A DNA stretch of 64,000 nt, taken from positions 5,024 to 69,023 of the forward strand of contig CAVQHA010000011.1 of assembly GCA_963712215.1 (NCBI GenBank). Direction: 5' to 3'. Of this stretch, positions 40,676 to 50,249 are shown piece after piece. Source of the stretch: an uncultured Methanomicrobiales archaeon. Lineage in GTDB: Archaea > Halobacteriota > Methanomicrobia > Methanomicrobiales > JACTUA01. The notes beneath the pieces are model-generated. The model did not search any database and had not been told where the DNA came from. It was given only the letters and a program-made list of their open reading frames with translations. The stretch's first letter is position 1, and every line of letters begins with the position of its first letter. Both the position numbers and the translations under genes were made by a program.

Positions 40676-41986
40676 CTACGGGCTCAGCCCCTCCTTTTTA
40701 TAATCGGTCGTGATCCCGTTCATCCCCCTCGCTATCGCCCAGACAGTGATGTAGGAAAGAACAAACACGGTGATCATCACCGCGATGATCCCGAACACCT
40801 CGATCCCCAGCTGCTGGAGGGCCTGGTACCCTCCCCCGAAGAAGAGCCCGTTCGGGAGGTTCCCGTTCCCGGATGCCGCGGCATAGGGTGCCTGGGTGAA
40901 GAAGGCGATCATGACGACGCCGAAGAGGCCCCCTACCAGGTGCCCTGGGAAGAGGCCGACGGGGTCAGAGAACCACTTCTTCCGGGCAAAGAACTTCTCG
41001 AAGGAGAGGAAGAGGGGTCCCCCGACCGCCCCGAGAATGACGGCGCTCGCGGGGCTCACGAAGCCGGCGACGGGGGTGATGATGATGAGACCCATGAGGA
41101 CCCCGTTTGCGGCGTAGATGAGCCCCGGGTTCTCCTTCGTCTCCCGCCACTTGAAGAACATCATGGAGAGGAAGGAGGTTGAGGCGGCGATGAAGGTTGT
41201 GAGGACGACGACGTTGGCCTCGTGGTTCCAGGTGAGGGTGCTCCCGGGGTTGAACCCGAACCACCCGAGCCAGAGGAGGAGGATGGCAATGGTGATCCAG
41301 CCGGGGCTCACGTTGATGGGGACCTGGGGGCTCTCGGAGAGGCCTTTTCGCTTCTCCTCCATCCAAATCCTGACCACGATGGCGAGGCCCGCCGCGGCCG
41401 CGGCGCCGTGGACCACGAGCCCGCCGGCAAAGTCCCTCATGCCGAGGCTGTACAGCCAGCCCGTGGGATTCCAGATCCAGGCGGCAGGTAGGTTCCAGAT
41501 GATGACAAAGTAAATGATGGAGAAGACCGAGAAGGCCGAGAGCTTCATCTTCCTGAGGGCGACGATACCGACAAGAGCGAGGGTGACCGATGCGAATGCG
41601 GTCTCGAAGAAGTAGTACGTCGGGAGGGTGACATCGGTGTTAAAGAAGTTCGGCCCCATGGACCACCAGACCCCCTGGAGGAGGCCCGGGAAATCCGTGG
41701 AGAACCCGCCAAGGAACGGTGCCGAGTAGAGGGGGTTCCCGATGATCCCGTAGATACAGGGGGCGAAGGCCGTGTTGAAGCCGATGAAGGCCATCATAAA
41801 GAAGGCGAGGCAGACGATGATGATGGTCTTCAGGAGACCCTGCCGGTAATCCTTCCCGAGCTCGCCGATCTCAAGGAGCCCGACGGAGATTGTCATGATG
41901 AAGACCAGGGCCCCGGAGAGAAGGACCCAGAGGTTGTTGAAGAGGTTCTCCGGGATAGGAACCGGTGTCACCATATCAGATCCCAC
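40676..41986 (-). CDS. amt: Ammonium transporter (Amt family)
   Basis: 436 aa, 11 TM. DFAGGLVVHGAAAAAGL and FGFNPGS are Amt signatures. No glnK/PII gene follows it. Confidence 0.9.
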   Translation of the reverse strand: MGSDMVTPVPIPENLFNNLWVLLSGALVFIMTISVGLLEIGELGKDYRQGLLKTIIIVCLAFFMMAFIGFNTAFAPCIYGIIGNPLYSAPFLGGFSTDFPGLLQGVWWSMGPNFFNTDVTLPTYYFFETAFASVTLALVGIVALRKMKLSAFSVFSIIYFVIIWNLPAAWIWNPTGWLYSLGMRDFAGGLVVHGAAAAAGLAIVVRIWMEEKRKGLSESPQVPINVSPGWITIAILLLWLGWFGFNPGSTLTWNHEANVVVLTTFIAASTSFLSMMFFKWRETKENPGLIYAANGVLMGLIIITPVAGFVSPASAVILGAVGGPLFLSFEKFFARKKWFSDPVGLFPGHLVGGLFGVVMIAFFTQAPYAAASGNGNLPNGLFFGGGYQALQQLGIEVFGIIAVMITVFVLSYITVWAIARGMNGITTDYKKEGLSP

Positions 41987-42019
41987 CAGTCCGTGAACCT
42001 GTTACAGGGGATTGGGTGA

Positions 42020-43267
42020 TCATGGTCTCCCCCACCCGATCCCGAAGGGGACGTTCAGCGCGTACGGGGCCGCAAGGATGAAGAACCATGCCGTGAAGAC
42101 GAAGGGGGCGGTCAGGCAGGGTATCCCCCACCGGCCCATGAAGTTCTGGAGCGCGGGCATGGTGAAGAGGGTACAGACGATGGTCGCGAGCACCGCGTAG
42201 AGGAAGGTCACCCAGGTGAGGGGAAGGAAGCTCGTGAGGGCGATCATGACGAGGACCTGGTTGAACCCGTGGATCCCGGACCGGATCTCGCCCACGGGGT
42301 ACTTTGCCCAGATGGCGAGAGCAGCTCCGATGGCAGAGCCGATTAAGGCCATGAGCCCCGCGAGGAAGAGGGGCGAGGCCGGATCCCATCCGGTGGTGAA
42401 GGCATTCGTGAACAGGCGACTCCCGTTCGCCACGAGCTCGAAGGAGAGGGTGAGACCCACGACCCAGAACACGCCGGTGACCCAGTTCTCCACAAAGGTC
42501 ACCTGCGAGACCCCTTTCAGGACGGCGATTGCGAACTCCTTCGCCGACCACCGGAAACCGGGGACGGGGGCCTGGGCAGGATTTTCGCTTCCCTCCAGGA
42601 GGTCGCCGGCTCCGCTCGCGGTGTCATGAACCCAGACCCACCACGACGTGGTCGGCTCCTGTCCCTCGATGAGCCGTACGGGGCGGTCCGGGAGCGCCGG
42701 GCGGGGCCAGATGTCGACACCGTAGCGCTTCGTCGCAAACATGATGGTCCACGTCGTGAAGACGAAGGAGGCGGTGAAGCCGGGAATGGCCCAGCCGTTC
42801 CCGTTGAGGACGAACCAGTCCCCCATGATATGGGCGATGGCCATCCAGACAACGGAGGTGACCGCCGCCCCGAAGAGCGAGAGGGCGAGGGTCGCCCGGT
42901 TCGACTTCGTGAAGGGCCCGGACCAGAGGGCCATGCCCGTGAGGACCGAGTTAAACCCAAAGAGGCCAAAGGTCACGAGGCCGAATGGCGCGCCCAGGAG
43001 AAGGGCCATCCCTGCTCCGATAAGGCTCGAGACGAACATGATGGCGGCAGCCTTTCTCGAGGCCACCAGGGTCCCGATGAGGATGAGGAGCCCTGCGAGG
43101 GGGGCACTCACCAGCGGGACCTCCGAGATCCCGTTGAGGAGGATGTAAACGATATCGATTACGGGATTACCGGTTGTAAATACGGGAGCAACCATTGACA
43201 AACCACCGCTGGATGATCCCGCGAGGATATACATAAATATTTTCACGAGAGGCAAAATCAGAAACAT
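42020..43267 (-). CDS. Urea transporter (UT family) with long central loop
   Basis: Two homologous halves: LNGISEV...GLFGFNSVLTGMAL...IPGFTASFVFTTW and LKGVSQVTFVENWVTGVF...GFNQVLVMIAL...IPCLTAPFVFTAW. Sits between ureD and amt. Confidence 0.75.
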   Translation of the reverse strand: MFLILPLVKIFMYILAGSSSGGLSMVAPVFTTGNPVIDIVYILLNGISEVPLVSAPLAGLLILIGTLVASRKAAAIMFVSSLIGAGMALLLGAPFGLVTFGLFGFNSVLTGMALWSGPFTKSNRATLALSLFGAAVTSVVWMAIAHIMGDWFVLNGNGWAIPGFTASFVFTTWTIMFATKRYGVDIWPRPALPDRPVRLIEGQEPTTSWWVWVHDTASGAGDLLEGSENPAQAPVPGFRWSAKEFAIAVLKGVSQVTFVENWVTGVFWVVGLTLSFELVANGSRLFTNAFTTGWDPASPLFLAGLMALIGSAIGAALAIWAKYPVGEIRSGIHGFNQVLVMIALTSFLPLTWVTFLYAVLATIVCTLFTMPALQNFMGRWGIPCLTAPFVFTAWFFILAAPYALNVPFGIGWGRP

Positions 43268-43361
43268 CCGGGGGAGGAGCCCTGCTTCTGCAACCGGTAA
43301 GGGACTGCCAGGGACAGGGGACGGCAGCCTTTTCAGGCGAAGGACGAGCCACGCACGGAGA

Positions 43362-44283
43362 TCAGTACATCCTGAGGGGCGGGACCTCGGTCCCCGCCTC
43401 CTCCCTCCGGAATATCCCCCAGAGCCTGAGCTGGAAGGCCTTCAGGTCCTCGAGGCTGTCCGAAAGGGCCTTCACGACGAGTCCCCTCCGGCCAGGCATC
43501 TCCGAGACCCCCCCGTACAGGTCTCCGAAGTCGATCTTTCCCTTCGATACCGGGACCTTCCCCGAATACCAGTAAGCGGAGAGGAGAAAGGTCCGGTTGC
43601 CGAACAGGATTCCGGAACGGGCCTTGTCCTCCCCTCTGTACAGGGAACTGTCCATGAGAACCGGATTTCCGTCCTCAAGGATCACGACCTTCGAGGCATG
43701 GAGGGTGAAATCCCAGGACTCCTCGCTCGCGATCCTTCCGGGACAGAAGATCTCGGAGAAGAAGAACCTGGATCCTTCGCTCACCCGGAAGATCGTGTGC
43801 TGGTACCACCGTGACCGCGCGAAAGCGATGGTCTCCCGGGGAAGGTACTCGAGCCGGCATCCCTTCCCGAGGGAGACTTCCGTGTGCCTGCTCGCATAGT
43901 TCAGGTCCATCTTGTAGATCTTCGTCGCCATGCTGTCTGTGATGAAGGCCTCGGCCCTATCCCCAAGGGTGATTTGGTACTCATACCGGTCGCCCTGGAC
44001 TATGCCCCCGGTGGGGTTCACGAAGATGACATACGGGAGGCCCGGGAGGAAGGGGTCGTAGTAGAGGGCCCTGATCACCCGGGCGGGGGCCTGGGTGAAG
44101 AGCCCATGCAGGTACGTCTTCTCGTCGAACCTCTCGAAGTTCGAGCCGGGCGATGGCCACCTTCCCGGCGGAACCTGTGCTCACCCTTGTCTCCTCCGCT
44201 TCATATTCCCGGAATGGTGAGGGGATGGCCCAGAAGGCTCCGGGGGCCTCGTCCCCGTGGCCGGGTTCCTCAGACATGGTCAC
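43362..44283 (-). CDS. ureD: Urease accessory protein UreD/UreH; frame change near 44140
   Basis: ...FVNPTGGIVQGDRYEYQI..., ...ATKIYKM..., with the N-terminus in ORF 43981..44283. GTGA overlap with the ureG stop. Confidence 0.8.
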
Positions 44284-44933
44284 CTGAAGAGGGCATTCTC
44301 CCGTACCAGGTTCACGATCTCGTCTATGCCGAGGTTGTCCTTGAGGGAGACGAAGATGGTCGGCTTGTCCCCGCGGAGTTTTTTCGCATCCTCCCGCATG
44401 AGATCGAGGTTCGCGGTCTTCGTGGAGGACTCGGGGATGGTGGTCTCCACAAAGGGTGCGAGGTCGATCTTGTTCACAATGAGGAGGTCCGCCTTCTTGA
44501 TCCCGAGCCCTCCCTTCCGTATGGTCTTGTCCCCGCTCGCGACGTCGATCATGTAGATGAAGTAGTCCGCGAGGCGCGGGCTGAAGGTCAGGGTCACGTT
44601 GTCACCACCGGACTCGATGAAGAGGAGATCGAGCTCGGGGTGCTCCTTCTCGAGGGCCGCGGCCGCGCTCACGTTCATCGACGGGTCGTCCCGCACCGCG
44701 GTGTGGGGACAGAGGCCGGTCTCGATTCCCACGATGAGATTGGGGTCGACCACCTTCTCTCCCAGGGTGATGGCCATCCGCCGGGCATCCTCCTTGGAAT
44801 ACACATCATTGGAGATGATTCCCACCTTGTACCCGAGTGCGACGAACTTCGGTACCAGCTTCTCGATGAGCTCGGTCTTCCCGCACCCGATAGGACCCCC
44901 GATCCCGATTCTTACGGTTCTTGGCATCTTCAT
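44280..44933 (-). CDS. ureG: Urease accessory GTPase UreG
   Basis: Intact. GGPIGCGKTELI (P-loop), CPHTAVRDD, ESGGDN, NKIDL. Confidence 0.95.
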   Translation of the reverse strand: MKMPRTVRIGIGGPIGCGKTELIEKLVPKFVALGYKVGIISNDVYSKEDARRMAITLGEKVVDPNLIVGIETGLCPHTAVRDDPSMNVSAAAALEKEHPELDLLFIESGGDNVTLTFSPRLADYFIYMIDVASGDKTIRKGGLGIKKADLLIVNKIDLAPFVETTIPESSTKTANLDLMREDAKKLRGDKPTIFVSLKDNLGIDEIVNLVRENALFR

Positions 44934-44940
44934 TCCCTCA

Positions 44941-45609
44941 TCAGCTGATGAACATCCTGCTCTTGCTCGCCTCGTGCCTCATGGAGGCGATGTCCGCGGC
45001 AGGGAAGGACTGGCTGACATCCTGTGCCCCTCCCACGGCGGGGTTGAGGCCCTGGATCACCTCGGCCATCACCCGCTGTGCCTCCAGGTAGTCGATCTCC
45101 GCCATCCTGACCAGGGAGGCGACGACCTCCATCAGGTTCACGTAGATCAGGGAGATCCCTCCCTGCTCGTTCAGGTTCATCTCCGCCGAAACAGCGGCAA
45201 GGACGACAGGATACATCCCCGGGGTTTCTCCCCGGTTGATCATATTCCTGTACCGGGCCCCCAGTGTGCCCTCCCCGAAGTTCACCGCATCGGCGAGGTT
45301 CCTCCCCGTCTTTACCATGGCGGTCCGGTTCTCTTCCGTGATCTTCGATGCATGGCAGTACCGGTCCAGCCGGAGGAACGTTTCGATGTCATTGTGCCGG
45401 TAAGCCTCGAGGGAATGGGAAAAGACCTGGAGATCGAAGGGCATCCATATCTTCTCAAGATACGCCCGCGCCATCCCCGAAAACCTCCCCCTCTCGAAGA
45501 GGCCATCGGCGACGAGCTGCTCCATCCCCTGGGAGACGGTGAAGGAACCTAAGGGGAAGAAGGTATCTGAGATCCGGATGAGATTCAGGATCTCCTCGGG
45601 GGTCGCCAT
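44941..45609 (-). CDS. ureF: Urease accessory protein UreF
   Basis: Intact 222 aa. ...SDTFFPLGSF..SQGME... and a helical body typical of UreF. Position between ureE and ureG. Confidence 0.85.
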   Translation of the reverse strand: MATPEEILNLIRISDTFFPLGSFTVSQGMEQLVADGLFERGRFSGMARAYLEKIWMPFDLQVFSHSLEAYRHNDIETFLRLDRYCHASKITEENRTAMVKTGRNLADAVNFGEGTLGARYRNMINRGETPGMYPVVLAAVSAEMNLNEQGGISLIYVNLMEVVASLVRMAEIDYLEAQRVMAEVIQGLNPAVGGAQDVSQSFPAADIASMRHEASKSRMFIS

Positions 45610-46094
45610 CAGGAGCCCTCTTCTTCTTCCCCTTCGAAATACCCCTGTTCACCTGGTGAGATCACTCGTGTAACCAGCTGAGTCCTGACTGGTACCCCCG
45701 AGCGGCTCACGATCCTCGAAAGTTTTTCCTCGCCCAGGGTCAGGGGGAGGTACACGCTGTCCTTCTCGACAAGCACCTCAAGGTGGTGGTTCCCGAGGAT
45801 ATAACCGAGCCTCACCGCCTCTCCGATGGAGGAACCGTCCTTTTCAAGATTGATCTGTAGGACCTTCTCGGGTTCGATGCGGGTCCGGTAGAAAATGCCT
45901 TTCTGCGAAGGCCCGAAGGCGTCCCCGTCCCGGATGGCCGCGCCCCGGGGGAGGTCGATGACCACGTCCTCACCGTCGGGGGCCCTCACCCGCACCCTGC
46001 CCCTCGCGGCATCACTCCGCCTCACCGACACGTCAAGGATCTGGCCCCCGGCAAGGCTGGCCGGGCCTTCGAATCTTGTCATCCCCGTCACCAC
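45609..46094 (-). CDS. ureE: Urease accessory metallochaperone UreE (no His-rich tail)
   Basis: ...RLGYILGNHHLEVLV... is the conserved GNxH region. TGATG overlap with ureF. Confidence 0.8.
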   Translation of the reverse strand: MVTGMTRFEGPASLAGGQILDVSVRRSDAARGRVRVRAPDGEDVVIDLPRGAAIRDGDAFGPSQKGIFYRTRIEPEKVLQINLEKDGSSIGEAVRLGYILGNHHLEVLVEKDSVYLPLTLGEEKLSRIVSRSGVPVRTQLVTRVISPGEQGYFEGEEEEGS

Positions 46095-46109
46095 CTTCTT
46101 CTCCCTTCC

Positions 46110-46439
46110 TCAGACCTGGGCGGTGGGCCGGAGTGAGATGCGCCGCCTCATCTCAGGGATCTGCACCTTTCCGTACCGGTGGAAGGATCCCTTTTCGATG
46201 GGCGCCACGACGAACCCCTCACCGTTTGCGAGTATCCGGGCCCCGATCTCCAGGCGCGTCGCCACGATGGCATGGTTCAAGAGATGCGCCGGCAGGTCGA
46301 GATTCAGATGCGTAGCCGGATCGATCCACCAGGAGAGATCCGCAATCCTTCCCGCCTCAACCACTCCGTGCTTCACCAGGGTTGGATCAAATACTGTTCC
46401 ATTCCTGACATTGCCTATGGACGTGATGTGCCTGATCAT
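46110..46439 (-). CDS. Uncharacterised about 109-aa soluble protein embedded between ureC and ureE
   Basis: MIRHITSIGNVRNGTVFDPTLVKHGVVEAGRIADLSWWIDPATHLNLDLPAHLLNHAIVATRLEIGARILANGEGFVVAPIEKGSFHRYGKVQIPEMRR.... Begins about 46 nt after the ureC stop (or 1 nt after, with GTG 46487) and ends about 13 nt before ureE. Confidence 0.5.
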   Translation of the reverse strand: MIRHITSIGNVRNGTVFDPTLVKHGVVEAGRIADLSWWIDPATHLNLDLPAHLLNHAIVATRLEIGARILANGEGFVVAPIEKGSFHRYGKVQIPEMRRRISLRPTAQV

Positions 46440-46487
46440 GCCGTTCCTCTCTTTTTCACTCCCAAAAACGGGTGGGACCTGTTCCAC

Positions 46488-48207
46488 TCAGAACAGGTAG
46501 TAGAGCTGGGTCAGGGGGAGGGTCTTCGCAGGCTTCGAGGTGACTTCCTTCCCGTCCAGCGTGACCTTGTGGGTCTCCGGGTCGATGGTGATCTCCCCGG
46601 TCCGGTCGTTCCTGACCATGTGCTGTTTGCCCAGGTCCCGGGTCCCGGATACCGGAAGCACCATCCGTTCGATGCCGTACTCCTCCTTGATGCCGAGCTC
46701 GCAGGCGAGCTTCGAGGTGAAGATCGCCGAGATACGGGACTGGGCGAGCCCGAAGCCCCCGAACATCGGTCTCCAGTAGTAGGGTTCCGGCGTCGGGATC
46801 GAGGCATTGGGGTCGCCCATCATGGAATAGGCGATAAAGCCGCCCTTGAAGACCATCTTCGGCTTTGCCCCGAAGAACTTCGGGTCCCAGAGGGCGATGT
46901 CCGCCATCTTCCCCGGCTCGAGGCTCCCCGTGTACTCGGCGATCCCATGGGTGATGGCCGGGTTGATGCAGAGCTTTGCCAGGTACCGGAGCACCCGGAA
47001 GTTGTCATTCCTTGGCGAGTCCTCCGGGGAGCTTCCCGAACTGCTCCTTGTTCTTGTGGGCGGTCTGCCAGCACCGGGTCGAGACCTCCCCGTCCTCCCC
47101 ATAGCCTGGCTGTCCGAGGAGTACATGGAGAGGACCCCGAGGTCGTGGAGCACGTCCTCGGCGGCGATGGTCTCTGCCCGGATCCGGGACTCGGCAAAGG
47201 CGACATCCTCCGGGACCGCCGGGTTCAGGTGATGGCGTGGTCATGAGCATGTCGAAATGCTCGTCAAGGGTGTTGACCGTGTACGGCCGTGGTGGGGTTC
47301 GTCGACGACGGGAGTGCGTTCGGCTCCCCCGCGATCTTCATGATGTCGGGTGCATGCCCGCCTCCCGCGCCCTCGGTGTGGTAGGTGTGCACGGTCCGGC
47401 CGTTGATGACGTCGATGGTGTCGTCCACGTACCCGCCCTCGTTCAGGGAGTCGGTGTGGATGGCCACCTGGACATCGAAGTCGTCGGCAACCGAGAGCAC
47501 GGTGTCCAGGGCCGCCGCGGTGGCACCCCAGTCCTCGTGCATCTTGAAACCTCCGGCACCGGCCTCGAGTCTGCTCGATGAGGGGTTCGGGCTTGCTCTC
47601 GTTCCCCTTCCCGAGGAAGAGCCAGTTCATGGGCAGTCCTTCTACCGCCTCGATCATCCTCCTGATGTTCCAGGGGCCGGGAGTGCAGGTAACCGCACAC
47701 GTCCCCTCCGCGGGTCCCGTCCCTCCACCGATATAGGTGGTGATGCCGTTCGCGAGGGCTTCGAAGACCTGCTGGGGGCAGATCATGTGGACATGGGTGT
47801 CGAAGAAGCCCGGGGTCGCGATAAGGCCCTCGCCCGCGGTGACCTCGGTCCCCGAGGCAACGATCATGTTCCGGTCCACGCCGTCCATGAGCCCCGGGTT
47901 CCCCGCCTTCCCGATCGCCGGCGATGATGCCGTCCCTGATGCCGATATCGGCTTTGATGATCCCGAGTATCGGGTCCAGGATCAGGACGTTCGTGATGAC
48001 ATGGTCGAGGGCCCCGTTCGCATGGGTCGTGCCCGGGCTCTGCCCCATCCCCTCCCTGACCGTCTTCCCGCCGCCGAAGACCAGCTCGTCCCCGTACGTG
48101 GTGAAGTCCTGTTCGACCTCTACGATCAGGTTCGTGTCGGCGAGCTGGACCCTGTCGCCGACGGTGGGCCCGTAGAGGTCGATGTACTGTTTCCTGGGAA
48201 TGATCAT
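46488..48207 (-). CDS. ureC: Urease alpha subunit UreC; at least 5-6 frame changes in this assembly
   Basis: [56 protein letters not shown], and C-terminal ...PQLYYLF-type end. Fragments lie in ORFs 47443..48207, 47241..47888, 47264..47542, 47005..47250 and 46488..47153. Confidence 0.9.
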
Positions 48208-48210
48208 CCT

Positions 48211-48582
48211 TCACGCCCCCTTGAAGAGGAGTTTCTTCGCCTTTGCGAGGGCCTCCATCTTCTTGTATTTCGTCCTCGTGCTCCCGTCCACCAGGTTGTT
48301 GAACCCGTGGACGTATTTCTTCCCGCCGAACTCCACGAGAGTCACCTCCTTCTCCTGCCCGGGCTCGAGCCTCACGGCCGTGCCCGAGGGGAGGTCGAGC
48401 TTCATCCCGTACGCCTTCTCCCGGTCAAACTCGAGGGCCCGGTTCGCCTCGAAGAAATGGAAGTGGGACCCCACCTGGATCCCCCGGTCCCCCTTGTTCC
48501 TGACCTTGAGGGTGATCCTTCGCCTCGTCGGGAAAGTCTCGATGTCCTTCCCGCCGGCCTCGATCTTTCCGATGTCGGTCAT
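48211..48582 (-). CDS. ureB: Urease beta subunit UreB
   Basis: ...[33 protein letters not shown]...GTAVRFEPG-like core. Intact. Confidence 0.9.
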   Translation of the reverse strand: MTDIGKIEAGGKDIETFPTRRRITLKVRNKGDRGIQVGSHFHFFEANRALEFDREKAYGMKLDLPSGTAVRLEPGQEKEVTLVEFGGKKYVHGFNNLVDGSTRTKYKKMEALAKAKKLLFKGA

Positions 48583-48905
48583 TTCTTCTTCCCCCCTGCT
48601 TTCGGCTGGATCGGGTTATGGATGCTCACGAGCTTCGTCCCGTCCGGAAAGGTCCCCTCCACGGCGATAAGAGAGACCATCTCCGGAACACCCGGCATCA
48701 CATCCTCCGTGGTGAGGACGTGTCTTCCCGACTCCATGACCTTCGCGACCGTGTCGCCCCGCCTGATGCGCTCCAGGGCGAAATCGGTGATATATGCGAC
48801 CGCCTCGGGGTAGTTGAGCTTGACCCCGTCGTTCAGACGCCGCTCGGCGATACGGGCGGCGGTGAAGATCTTCAGTTTATCAAGTTCGCGTGGAACCAGT
48901 TTCAT
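48579..48905 (-). CDS. ureA: Urease gamma subunit UreA
   Basis: [36 protein letters not shown]...LE..R.G.....M..G. Intact. ATGA overlap with ureB. Confidence 0.9.
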   Translation of the reverse strand: MKLVPRELDKLKIFTAARIAERRLNDGVKLNYPEAVAYITDFALERIRRGDTVAKVMESGRHVLTTEDVMPGVPEMVSLIAVEGTFPDGTKLVSIHNPIQPKAGGKKK

Positions 48906-48950
48906 CTGTCCGCCTCCTTCTCCTTCTCTTGGGACGGGAGGGCGTTGGAG

Positions 48951-48978
48951 GGGTACAATAAAAGGATATGCCCGAACC
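48951..48978 (-). promoter_or_regulatory. Candidate urease-operon promoter (GGCATATCCTT + TATA-like)
   Basis: The minus strand reads GGTTCGGGCATATCCTTTTATTGTACCC, about 55 nt upstream of the ureA ATG. A GGAGAAGGAGG RBS follows. Confidence 0.5.
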
Positions 48979-49030
48979 TCACGGAATGAAACAATGGGGG
49001 ACGGGATGCCTGGGATTCCCGCCAGAGGTT

Positions 49031-50185
49031 TTAAAGATTGTTAACCTTGTCACCGGTTTCTACCCGGAGATACCCGAGAACCCTCTCGGGGTCATACCTG
49101 AGGCTGATGAGCCTTGTCCTTCCTCTCCCGTTCCGGTAGGAGAGGTTCACGAGGCGCATGGCGTCGAGCTTCTTCACCATCTCGTAGAACCGGGTGTAGC
49201 CGAGCTTCTCCTTCTCCTTGAGGGAGCGGTAGACCTCGCCGGCATTCATCTCCTTCTCCCCGCTCGAGAGCTCTGCAACCTTCCTCAGGAGCTCCTTCTC
49301 CTCGGCCTTCAGGGTCTTCACCGTGAACGCGAGGTGGAGGTACCTGGAGACCTCGTACGCCTTGCAGATGTCATCCCGTTCGATGATGCGGCGGGCATCC
49401 TTCTCGGCGGTGAGTGTTGCCCTCTTCAACAGGTCGATCCCGACCCGGAGATCCCCGCTCTTCATGGTCTGCTCGACGACGAGGCGGAACATGGGATCCG
49501 GGAGCACGTTCGGGTAGAGACCCTGGTTCACCCGGTCGCGGAGGATGCCGGTCACCTCCTCTTCCTTGTAGGGCGGGAAGTAGACCTCGGTGGGCCGGAA
49601 GACCGAGGCCACCCGGGCATCCACGGCCTGGACAAGGTCCACGGTCATATCCGAGATGATGAGGATCACCCCGATGCGGGTGCCCGGGTACGCCTCGTGG
49701 GAGCGGAGGAGGGTGTAGAGGACCTTGTTCATCTCGTTCTCGTAGAGGAGATAGTTCGCGTCGTCGAGGCAGACGAGGAGGACGGCATCCTCCTTCTGCA
49801 TGATCCGGGCGATGGCATCGAAGACCTGCTTGAACGAGGTGCCGGAGGCAGGGGGCAGGTGGCCGGCGAGCTTCCGGTAGATCTGGGAGAAGATGGCGAA
49901 CTTCGTGTTGTCGATCTGGCAGTTCACGTAGACGGGGATGAGCTTCTTCGTCGTCTCCTCGATCTCGGTGAAGAGCTTCTTCACCGAGGTGGTCTTCCCG
50001 GTACCAGGGAGCCCCCGGCAGACCGTGTTCAGGGGCCGGGCCCCCTTCAGTCCCGGCCTCACCTGGAACGCGAGCTCCTTCACCTGGTCCTCGCGGTGCT
50101 GGAACTGCTCGGGGACGTAGTCGAGCTCGAAGACCTCCGGTTCACGGAAGAGGGTCTCGTCCCACATGAGGAGGCTTTTCTTCAT
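49031..50185 (-). CDS. cdc6: Orc1/Cdc6 replication initiator paralogue
   Basis: Intact 384 aa. [13 protein letters not shown], Walker [20 protein letters not shown], and a C-terminal winged helix (...[12 protein letters not shown]...). Confidence 0.9.
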   Translation of the reverse strand: MKKSLLMWDETLFREPEVFELDYVPEQFQHREDQVKELAFQVRPGLKGARPLNTVCRGLPGTGKTTSVKKLFTEIEETTKKLIPVYVNCQIDNTKFAIFSQIYRKLAGHLPPASGTSFKQVFDAIARIMQKEDAVLLVCLDDANYLLYENEMNKVLYTLLRSHEAYPGTRIGVILIISDMTVDLVQAVDARVASVFRPTEVYFPPYKEEEVTGILRDRVNQGLYPNVLPDPMFRLVVEQTMKSGDLRVGIDLLKRATLTAEKDARRIIERDDICKAYEVSRYLHLAFTVKTLKAEEKELLRKVAELSSGEKEMNAGEVYRSLKEKEKLGYTRFYEMVKKLDAMRLVNLSYRNGRGRTRLISLRYDPERVLGYLRVETGDKVNNL

Positions 50186-50249
50186 CCCAATAGAAACTCG
50201 ATCGGGTTCTACTTAAATCTGGACCATGCGCGGGGCGGAGATGAACGGA

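Noticed and set aside
43362-48905. Whole urease operon as a decaying pseudogene cluster
   Set aside because: Only ureC (and ureD once) are disrupted, by frame changes of the same kind that affect essential genes throughout the window. Motifs are intact and the accessory genes are clean, so assembly error is the more economical explanation. It is kept as a check and not as a conclusion.
48906-49030. Replication origin (ORB boxes or DUE) next to orc1/cdc6, also checked at 50186-50250
   Set aside because: Neither short spacer has repeated ORB-like boxes or an extended AT-rich unwinding element. The nearest AT-rich islands (12.6, 26.2, 27.6 and 62.9 kb) are promoter regions of other genes.
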